NCBI RefSeq assembly: GCF_009914755.1
Contig: NC_060940.1
Source: the human T2T-CHM13v2.0 reference genome, Homo sapiens
Strand: one strand, 5' to 3'
DNA length: 64,000 nucleotides
Part shown: positions 43,785 through 54,903 of the stretch, piece after piece
How the letters are laid out: the number at the start of each line of letters is the position of its first letter
How positions within the stretch are numbered: the stretch's first letter is position 1
Notes under the pieces: generated by a model
The model's database searches: none
What the model saw: the letters and a program-made list of their open reading frames with translations, nothing else
What the model was told of the DNA's origin: nothing
Translations under genes and position numbers: made by a program

Positions 43785-45572
43785 TTATTTGTCTTGTTGA
43801 ACATCCTGAAACTTCGGGCCTTTTGACCAACATCTTGCTATTCTCTGCTCTCCATCTCCTCAAACCTCAGTTCCTGGCAACAACAATTCTATTCTCTGTT
43901 TCTTTGAGTTCAACTTTTTGAAATTCTACATATAAGTGAAATAATGTGATAGATATTTGTCTTTCTGTTTCTTGTTTATTGCACTTAACATAATGTCCTC
44001 CTGGTTCATCTTGCTGTTAAAAAGGACACTATTTTCTTCTTTTTAGAGGCTGAATAATATGCCATTGTACAGACATGCCACATTATGTTTATTTATTCAC
44101 TAATTGATGGAATTTAGGTTGTTTTCATATCTTGCTATTGTGAATAATTGCAGCATTATTCATGATAGCAATAACGCAGATATCTCTCCATGATAGTGAT
44201 TTTATTTCTCTGGACATGTACCAAGTGGGAATGTTGAATTGTATGGTAGTCCTATTTTTAATTTTTTGGGGGAACCTCTGTACCATTTTCCAAAATGGTT
44301 GTATAAATTTACATTCCCACTAAAAAGTGTACAAGGGTTCCCTTTTCTCCACATCTTTGCCAAAACTTATTATCTTGCATCTTTTTGATAATAGTCATTC
44401 AATCAGATGTGAGGGAATATCTTATTGTGGTTCTGATTAGCATTTTCCTGATGATTAGTGACGTTGAGCATATTTATATATATTTATTGGCCATTTGTAT
44501 GTCTTATTTTGAGAAATATTTGTTCAGATCCTTTGCTTATTTTTAAAATTAAACTTAAAATTGAAAAGTAATAAAATTAATTAATCAAACTTGGCAAAAT
44601 ATCAATTCCCCTTCCCCCACGAAGGAAGAAAATATAAAAACCCTAGACTGCACCAGAGTCTGTTTTCTTGCTATTGATTTGAGTTCCTTCTATATTTTGG
44701 ATATTAATGCCTTACCAGATAGATGGTTTACAAATATTTTCTCTCATTTTGTAGATTGTCTCTTCACCTTGTTGAAGGATTCCTATGCTGTGCTAAAGCC
44801 ATTTATTTTGATGCAATCCCGTTTGTCTATTTTTGCTTTTTGTCATCTGTGCTACTGGGGTCATATCCAAACATCACTGCTCAGATCAATGTCGAGAATC
44901 TTTTTCTCTATGTTTTCTCTTAGTAGTTTTACAGTCTCTCACATTTAAATGGTTAGTCCCTTTTGAGTTTATTTTGGTACGTGATGTGAGGTAAGAGTCT
45001 AATTTTATTCTTTTGGAATTGGATATTCAGTTTTTCCATCACCATTTTTTGAAGAGACTTTTCTTTCCCCCATTGTGTATTTTTGACACTTTTGTCAAAG
45101 ATCAAGTAATTGTAAAATGCATGGAATGCATTAGGGTTTTTTGTTGAAGAGTCATTTGTCTATGGAGAAGGGCTCTTTTATGATTTCATATACATTTTAG
45201 AATTACCTTATCTATTTCTGTGAAAAATATCATTTGAAATTTGCTAGTAATTGTGGTGAATCTAGATGGATTTGGGTATTAAGGATACTTTAACGATGTT
45301 AATTCATCCAATTTATGAGTATGGTATATCTTTCCATTTATTTTTGTCCCCTATAATTTCTTTATCAATGTTTTGTAGTTTCCACTGTAAAGATATTTCA
45401 CTTACTTGGATAAAATTATTCCTAAATATTTTTAATGCTATCATAAATGGAACAGTTTTTCTGATTTTTTTTGAATGGTTAGTACTGATTTTTGTATGTT
45501 CATTTTCTATCTTGCAACTTTACTGAATTTGTTTGTTCTTTACAGTTTTTTGGTGGGGTCTAGGGTATTTTT
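43785..45572 (-). mobile_element. Old L1MA (L1MA8/9-like): 3' UTR and ORF2 end; left half of a split element
   Basis: cctggcaacaacaattctattctctgtttctttgagttcaac...; ORF2 antisense up to ttttggtggggtctagggt. Confidence 0.85.
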
Positions 45573-46372
45573 TATTTCTTTTTGTAATTGATATTTTACT
45601 AACTTTAATTAACTTATTTACTGTATTACTTTTTAAACTTTTAAGTTCAGGGGTACATGTGCAGGTTCGTAACATAGGTAAACTTGTGTCATGGGAGTTG
45701 GTTATACATATTATTTTATCACCCGGGTATTAAACCTAGTACCTATTAGTTATTTTTCCTGATCTACCTCCTCCTCCTCCTCTCCACCTTTTGACAGGCC
45801 CTAATGTGTGTTGTTCCCCTCTATGTGTCTACATGTTCTTATAATTTAGCTCGCACTTATAAAGAGAACATTCAGTATTTGTTTTTTTGTTCCTGTGTTA
45901 GTTTGCTAAGAATAATGACCTTCAGCTCCATCCGTGTCCCTGCAAAGGACATGATCTCTTTCTTTTTCGTGGCTGCATAGTATTTCATGGTGTATATGCA
46001 CCACATTTTCTTTATGCAGTCTATCATTGATGAACATTTAGGTTGATTCTATCTCTTTGTTATTGTGACTAGCGCTGCAATGAACATATGTGTGCATGCC
46101 TGTGTCTTTATAATAGAATAATTTATATTCCTTGGGGAAAAACCCAAAGAGAATATAAAGTCATGGGAATGCTGGGTTAAATGTTAGTTCTAATTTAAGT
46201 TATCTGAGAAATCTCCAAACTGCTCTCCATGGTTGTAGAACTAATTTACATTCGAACCAAACATTTATAAGAGTTCCCTTTTCTCAAATGCTTCACCAGC
46301 ATTTGTTGTTCATGCCATTTTAATTAAAGCCATTCGGACTAGTGTGAGATGGTATCTCATTTTTTAAAAAAA

Positions 46373-47000
<628 letters not shown>

Positions 47001-47901
47001 TCATTGTGGCTTTAATTTGCATTTCCCTGATGATTAGTAATGCAGAGCATTTGTTTATATGCTTCTTGGTCATTAGTATGCCTTCTTTTGAGAAGTTTTT
47101 GTTCATATTGTTTTAATATTGTCATTTATTTTGTGCTCATTGAATTATTTAAGTTTCTTACATATTCTGGATATTAGACCTTTGTCAGATGCATAGTTTG
47201 CAAATATTTTATTTCAAACTATAGATTATATGTTTACTCTATTGGTAGATATTTTTGTTGTTGTACAGAAGCCCTTCAGTTTAATTAGGTCTGACTTGTC
47301 AATTTTTGTTTTTTTTTAAATTGCTTTTGAGGAATTAGTCATAAATTATTTCCCAAGACTAATGTCCAGAATAGTGTTTCCTAGGGGTTCTGCAGGGATT
47401 AGAATAATTTGAAGCTTTTTATTTAAATAATTAATCCATCATAAGTTAATTTTTGTATATGGTGGAAGGTAGGGATCCAGTTTCATTCTTCTACATATGA
47501 CTAGCCAACTATTTGAGAACCATTTTTTAAATAAGAAACCCCTTTCTCACTGTTTATTTTTGGTGACTTCGTTGAACATCTGACGGCTAGAGGTATGTGG
47601 CTTTATTTCTGAGTTTTCTGTTCTGTTTCATTGTTCTGTGTCTACTTTTGTACCACTACCATGCTGTTATGGTTACTGTAGCCTTCGAGTATAGTTTGAA
47701 ATCAGGTAATGTGATGGCTCTAGCTTTCTCCTTTTTGTATAGGATTGCTTCAATTATTTGGCATCTTCTTTAGTACCATGTGAATTTTAGCATCGTTTTT
47801 TATAATTGTTGAAAAATGACATTGCTAGTTCAGTAGGAATAGCATTGAATCTGAAGATTGTTTTGAGCAATATTAATTCCTTGTATCCATGAACATGGAG
47901 C

Positions 47902-48068
47902 GTTTTTCTATTTGCTAGTGTCATCTGTGATTTCTTTTAGCAGTATTTTGGAGCTCTCCTTGTAGAGAATTTTCACATCCTTTGAGTTTTTCTATTTGCT
48001 AGTGTCATCTGTGATTTCTTTTAGCAGTATTTTGGAGCTCTCCTTGTAGAGAATTTTCACATCCTTTG
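47902..48068. repeat. Perfect 83-bp tandem duplication with a 1-bp spacer
   Basis: 47902-47984 is identical to 47986-48068. Confidence 0.97.
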
Positions 48069-50320
48069 TTAGATATAGTCCTAGCTAATAATTTTTTGGC
48101 TATTGTAAATAAAATTGCATTCATGGCTTAGCTCTCAGTCTGAACGTTATTGGTGTATAGAAATTCTGCACATTTTTGTACATGGATTTTGTGTCCTAAA
48201 ATTTGCTGAAGTCATTTATCAGTTGTAGGAGCCTTTTGGCAAAGTGTTTAGGGCTTTCTACGTAGAATTATATTATCGGTGAAAAGAGATAGTTTGACTT
48301 CTTCTATTCCTATTTTTATGCTTTTCATTTCATTATTTTGCCTGAATGATCTAGCTAGAATTTCCAGTATTATGTTAAATAGGAGTGGTGAGAGTGGGCG
48401 TCCTTGTCATGTTTCAGTTCTCAAGGATAATGCTTCCAGCTTTTTCTCATTCAGTATGATGTTGGCTGTGCGTTTGTCATAAATGGCTCTTATTATTTTG
48501 AGGTATGTTCCTTTGATGCCTAGATTGTTAAATTTTATCATGAAGGGATGTTGGATTTTATTTAAGAGTCTTTCTGTGTCTATGGAGATGATCATGTGGC
48601 TTTTGTTTTTAATGCTGTTTATGTGTAAATCACATATATTGATTTGTGTTTCTTAAATCAGCCTTGGATCCCAAGAATGAAGCCTACTTAATTGTGTTGT
48701 ATTAACTTGTTGAGGTGCTGTCAGATTCAGTTTTCTACTATTTTATTGATTATATTAGCATCTATGTTTATCAGGGATATTATCTGTAGTTTTCTTTATT
48801 TGTTATGTCCTTGCCATATTTTGTTAACAGAGTGATTCTGGCTTCATAGAATGAGTTTGGGAGGAGTCCTCCATCTTTGATTTTTTGAAATAGTTTTTGA
48901 AGAATAGGTGCCAGCAGTTCTTTATTCATCCAGCATACTTCAGCTGTGAATCCATCTGGTTCAGGGCAATTTTTGGTTGACAGGTTTTCATTACTGATTC
49001 AATTTCAGAACTGAATATTGGTCTATTTATTACTTCAGTTTCTTCCTGGTTCAATCTTCAGAGGTTTTGTGTTTCCAGGTATTTATCCATTTCCTCTAGA
49101 CTTTCTAATTTTTGTGCATGGAAGTAGTCAAAATAGTCTCTGAAGATCTTTTGTATTTCTGCCAGATTGGCTTTAATATCACCTTTGTTGTTTCTGATTG
49201 TTCTTATTTAGATCTTCTCTATTTTTTATTCACTAATTTATCTAGTAGTCTATCAATCTTTTTTATTCTTTCAAAAGCAAACTTTTAGTTTCATTGACTC
49301 TTCATATGGATTATTGAGTTTCGATTTTACCAAGTTTTGTTCTAATTATAGTTATTTCTTTTATTCTGCTAGCTTTGGGGTTATTTTGTTCTTATTTTTC
49401 TAGTTCCTCAAGGTGCAATGTTAGATTGTTAATTTGAAATCTTTCTGAATTTTTGAGGTAAACATTCAGTGCTATAAGCTTTCCTCTTAGTACTGCTTTT
49501 GCTGTATCCTAGAGGTTTTGCTATGTTGTACCTCTACTCACATTTGTTTCAAATAATTGTTTAGTTTCTTTCTTAATTTTATTGATTATTCAAAATCATT
49601 CAGGACAAAGTTATTTCATTTCCATTTAATTGTGTTATTTTGAGAAATCCTGGCATTGATTTCTATCTGTTTTTATTCCACAGTGGTAAAAGAGTATAGT
49701 TGATATAATTTCAACTGTTTTTTAATTTGTTGAGACCTGCTTCATGGTTGAGAATGTGGTTGATCTTGGAGTATGCTCCATGTGCAGATTAGAAAAATGT
49801 ATATCCTGCGGTTGACAGGTAAAGTATCCTGTAGATGTCTATTAGATCCAGAAAATGAAGGAGTAGATAAACATCTTAAAAAGAAACCCAGCAGAATTCT
49901 AGAACTGATAATTCACTTAAGAAATTAACAAATATATTTAAAAGCTTTATCAATAGACTTGAGCAAGCAGAAAAAATAATTTTAGATTTTGAAGACTGGT
50001 CTTTTGAATTAAGCCAGTCAGTCATAAATAAAGAACAAATAATTTTTACTATAATATACAACATTTTTGAGAAATAAGGGATTACGTAAGGCAACCAAAC
50101 CTACAAATTATTGTCATTCCTGAATAAAGGAGTAAAAGTAAAGAAGCAAAAAACATATTGGAGGAAAAAATACAGAAAAATTTTTCTAATCTTGCTGGAG
50201 AGGTAGACATCCAGATACAAGAAATCCAGAAAACACCTGTGAGATATACTATACAAAACGGACATCACCAAGGCATATAGTCACCAGACTGTCAAAAGTT
50301 AATGCTAAAGCAAAGATATT

Positions 50321-51348
50321 TTCTTTTTTAAAGGTTAGAAAAGTTTTTAATGTATCCACTGTTAGTTCAGAACAGTATGGAGAGGAGAAAACCCCAAAAC
50401 ACTATAGTTAATACTGAATCTGTTGAGGCTTCAAGTTAGTTAAAGAGTCTCAATTTAATGGGAAGTTGCTGAAAATATTTGCTGTGGTTAGTTGTATCAA
50501 ACCACAGCCAAGTTAGGGTCATTGTTACTATAAATCGTGACAAACAATCAAGAAATCACATCACATAGTCTAAATAAAACAAGATGATTATACCGATTTG
50601 AGAATGAATTGTTTCAGTTCATATTCTTGGCAAACAATTTCAAAAAACCTGTATGCATTGATAGATCACTTTGATTAGAGAATAAAATAAATATTTTAAA
50701 AATTTGAAGCATATATGGAAATATAATAATTTATGTTACAGTAACAGTTGCAAAATATTTTGAATATCATTCTTTCTTCATGAATGTCCAATGCTACATC
50801 TGGAAACTGAATGAGACAAGGAATAATGCTGCATTGTGTGGATATATTTTGCATATGGTTAAGACATTTGCGTCCCTGGACCAAGACTTCCAAGAGCCAG
50901 AACGATGCCCAGTAATGGTGACAACCGAAATCATCCCCTACATTCCAGAATCCTCCCTGGGGTCCCTATAGTTTTTTTGTGAACCATCTGTGTGTTCAAT
51001 AATTAAAAGCAGATGCTTGGTTATTAGAATCAGATTTTGAATGTCTTAGCTGCAGGAGAGTTGGCCAAGCATTTATATTTTCTTCCTGGTCTATTAAGCC
51101 TCCTCCTTCAAGGAATGTACATTTCTGCAAAATTATTAATCCCCTCAATTTACAGATTTAGAGAGACAGTGACTTGCTTAAGATCACAAAGAAAGTAAGC
51201 GCACATACCAGGATTCAAATCCAGCCTGATTCCTGAATCCCTCACTATGAACATATTCCTGTGGGAGTAATACCATTGTTTCCAACTCCCAGATGCAAAG
51301 CAGAGGCATAGACACACAAAGTCACCATAGGGTCATGTTCATACTAGG
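50321..51348 (-). other. Retrotransposed non-L1 polyadenylated fragment (orphan 3' transduction or retrocopied 3' UTR)
   Basis: Degraded 14-bp TSD, poly-T remnant, ATTAAA on the minus strand at 50346-50351, internal MIR relics; L1 ORF1 continuous across it. Confidence 0.72.
51131..51245 (-). mobile_element. MIR fragment inside the insert
   Basis: attattaatcccctcaatttacagat...gtgacttgcttaagatcaca...ccaggattcaaatccag. Confidence 0.75.
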
Positions 51349-52279
51349 AAAGAAAAACCGTTAAAGGCAGCTAGAGTAAAAAGGTCAATTGCTTACAAAG
51401 GAAATCCATTTGCCAATAGCAGACCTCTCAGCAGAAATTTTATAAGCCAGGAGAGATTGGGGGCCTATTTTCAGCCTTCTTAAAGTAAAGAAATTCCAAC
51501 AAAGAATTTCACATCCCATCACACTAAGCTTCATAAGTGAAGGAGAATAAATTTTTTTTCCAGACAAGCAAGCTAAGGGAATTTGTTACCACTAGACCAT
51601 ACTTACAAGAGATCTTTAAGAGAGTTCTAAACATGGAAACAAAAGAACAATATCTGCTACCACAAAAAATACAAGTACAGAGCCCACAGACCCTACAATG
51701 CAGCCTCACAAGAGAAACTACAAAGCAACCAGCTGACAACTCCATGATAGAATCAAACGCTTACTTATCAATATTAATCTTGAATATAAGTGATCTAAAT
51801 CCCTCACTTAAAAGGTACAGTTTCAAGTTGTATATGTATAGAAAAAAGAAGACCCATCCATTTGTTGTCTTCAATAGCCTTATCTCACACATAATAAAGC
51901 TCATGGGCTTGAAATAGAGTTGGAGAAAGATGTGTCACACAAATGGGAACAAAAAGAACCAGGGTCACTATTCCTTTATCAGATAAAATAGATTTTAAAA
52001 AAACAAAAGTTTAAAAAAAATGACAAAGAAAGACATTACATAATAATAAATTGTTTAATTCAATAGGAAAACTTAACTATGTTAAATATATATGCCCCCA
52101 ACATTGGAACACCCAGATTTAAAAAACAACTACTTCTAGATCTTATAAAGTACATAGCCACATAGTAATAGTGGGGGACTTTAACACTGCACTGATAGTA
52201 TTAGACAGAACATCAAGGCAAAAAAAAAAAAATAGAAATTCTGAACTTAATTTGACACTTGACCAATTGTACCTAATAC

Positions 52280-52595
52280 CAGGATTTTCTAAATGTGAGA
52301 TTACGTTATCTGAAAACTCAGACAGTTTTGCTTTTCTCTTTGAAGTATGTATACTTGTTATATTTTTTCTTGCCTAATTGCTCTGGCTAGGACTTGTGGT
52401 ACTATTGAATTTCTATTAAAAATTGTGGTACTATTTTGAATAGAATTTGCAAGAGTAAGCATCCTTGCCTGGTTCTTGATCTTATAGAAATGACTTTCAG
52501 CTTTTCGCCACTGAGTATAATCTCACCCATGGGCTTGTTATATATGGCCTTTATTATGCGAAGGTACCTTCCTTCTATACCTAATTTTTTGAGTC
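52280..52595 (-). mobile_element. Old L1MA ORF2, right half of the split element
   Basis: aggattttctaaatgtgagattacgttatctgaaaac continues the antisense ORF2 broken at ~45570. Confidence 0.82.
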
Positions 52596-52629
52596 TAAAT
52601 CTCTTTAATAATAGTATAAAAGATAAGAA

Positions 52630-52825
52630 AATAGGTCAGATTATGGGTTTGAAATCTACCTCTGCCCTTTATATGATAGTTGTATGATTCTAAGTGAGTT
52701 TCTTAGCTCTCTATTCCTCAGAATTCTCATATAAAAATTGAGATCATAACGGAACAAACTCAGTATGGTTGTTATTTAAAATCAGTGAGTACTTGGCAAT
52801 TAGTAGGTACTCAGCAACTTTACTA
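52630..52825 (+). mobile_element. MIR
   Basis: tgggtttgaaatctacctctgcc...attcctcagaattctcatataaaaattgagatcataa...tagtaggtactca. Confidence 0.75.
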
Positions 52826-52934
52826 TTTTTTTAACTTATTATATCAACCTATCTTTATTTCCAGCTCAGTGTAGGCTATTAATAAAGACATTAAAACTGG
52901 ATGAAACTTCCATGAAGAAAAGTAATTTACTAAA

Positions 52935-53270
52935 TGATTTATTCATTCTATAATTTGTAATTGATAGCCTAGTATATGGCAGACATGTTTTAGACAATGG
53001 GGCTAGAAAAAATTATAAATTTATAAAGCTTATATTCTAATGAGAATTCAAGCAATAAACACTTTTATATAAAAGAGATGGAAATACAGAGAGAGAGATT
53101 TTAAGTTCTATGGAGAATAATTAGGAAAAACAAGTTATAGAGTGAATGGGAGAGAGAGCAATTTGTGAAGAATATTTTCAATAAAGGTCTCATTGGGAGG
53201 ACTCAGGAAAGACTTTAATGAGGTGATAAAGTTATGTTAACCATGTATATGTATCTGGAAATTAAAGAAG
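52935..53270 (-). mobile_element. L2 fragment
   Basis: atttattcattc...aagcttatattctaatg...tcaggaaagactttaatgaggtgat. Confidence 0.55.
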
Positions 53271-53711
53271 ATCTTACAATCAAAGGAGTAATTATGCATT
53301 TAAATGTGCTGCAGTCTCTAAGTAAATCACCTCTGCTACTTTTTTGTAACTCTAGTTATAGAATATTTTCTTTTGTAAATTTTTCTACATAAGATTAAAA
53401 CAATCAAGACAATTAAATGAACTGGGGAAAAGTCAAATCACCTGACAACCCAATCCAGGACAAAAGGGCAGATTGAGTCACTTCTACCCTCAATCATTCT
53501 CACTCAGCTATAGTCTATGAGAGAACACCCAAGGTATAGCAATTTATGCCAAGTTGTAATGTCACTATATAAATGAAATAAGCATCACCTAGTGTGTTCT
53601 AGGCCCTAAGAAAAACCCAAGAAAGCAATGAAGGCTTAACATGATATTTTCTAATTTAACATCTTATATGGGAACATCTTAAAATGGAAAAGAAACAACA
53701 ACAGCAGAAGG

Positions 53712-54040
53712 TTCTTTTTTTTACCCAAATTTTGTTTTAGGTTGTAGGGGTAAGTGTGCAGGTTTATTCCATGGGTAAATTGCATGTCATGGGGGTTTGG
53801 TAAACAGATAACTTTGTCACCTAGGTAATCAGCATCATATCTAATAGGTAATTTTTCAATTCTCACCTCAGTGCAGTGTAGACCCCTGCTTTTGTGTCCA
53901 TGTGTACTCAATGTTTAGCTCTCATTTATAAGTAAGAGCATGCGGTATTTGGTTCTCTGTTCTTCTGTTAATTCACTTAAAGGGATAATGTCCTCCATCT
54001 CAATCCAGGTTACTGCAAAGGTCATAATCTCTTTGTTTGA
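53712..54040 (-). mobile_element. Short L1PA15/16-like 3' end
   Basis: T-rich tail followed by ggggtaagtgtgcaggtttattccatgggtaaattgcatgtc. Confidence 0.88.
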
Positions 54041-54747
54041 AAAAATAAACTTTTATTTTAGGTACACGGGTACATGTGCAGGTTTGTTATATACATAAAC
54101 TCATGTCACAGGGGTTTGTTGTATTTTTTCTGCTCCTCTCTCTCCTTCTACTCTTCATCCACAGGTAGTCCCCATTGTCTGTTGTTCCCCTCTTTGTATC
54201 CATGTGTTTTCATCATTAAACTCTAACTTATAAGTGAGAACATGTGGTATTATTATTCTGTTCCTGTGTTAGATTGCTAAAGATAATGGCCTTCAGCTCT
54301 ATTCATGTTCTTGCTCCTTTTCATGGTTGCATAGTATTTTGTGGTGTATATGTATCACATTTTCTTTACCCAGTCTTCCATTGATTGTTGGCATTTAGGT
54401 TGATTCTATGTCTTTGCTATTGTGAATAGTGCTGCAATGAGCATACACATGCATGTGTCTTTATGATGGAACAATTTGTATTCTTTTAGGTATATACCCA
54501 GTAATGAAATTGCTGGGTCAAGTGGTAGCTCTGTTTTTAGTTCCTCAAGAAATCATCACACTACTTTCCACAATGGTTGATCTAATTTATACTCCTGCCG
54601 ACAGTGTATAAATGATCCTTTTTTTCCCCACAACCATGACTGCACCTGTTATTTTTTGAGTTTTTATAATAGCCATTCTGACTGGTGTGAGATGGTATCT
54701 TATTGTGGGTTTGATTTGCATTTCTCTAATGATCAGTGCTGTTAAGC

Positions 54748-54903
54748 ATATATATATATATATATACACACACATATATATATACACACACATATATATA
54801 TACACACACACGTCATATCATATATATTATATATATAAGGTCACATCATATATAATATATATTATATACTATATATATATATAATATACATATATATATA
54901 TAT
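54748..54903. repeat. (TA)n/(CA)n complex microsatellite expanded within L1
   Basis: About 155-bp TA-rich tract. Confidence 0.93.

Larger units (their letters stand above)
49851..52278 (+). mobile_element. Inverted 5' portion of the same L1 (mid-ORF1 to ORF2 endonuclease), interrupted at 50321-51348
   Basis: Sense ORF1p (SKLREFVTTRPYLQEIFKRVLNME) and ORF2p (GDFNTALIVLDRTSRQK); ends at the L1 position where the minus-strand portion begins. Confidence 0.9.

Noticed and set aside
50696-50971. Short ORFs in the orphan insert as processed-pseudogene coding sequence
   Set aside because: 63-65 aa with no recognisable protein; the insert looks like UTR or intergenic DNA, and no parent gene can be named.
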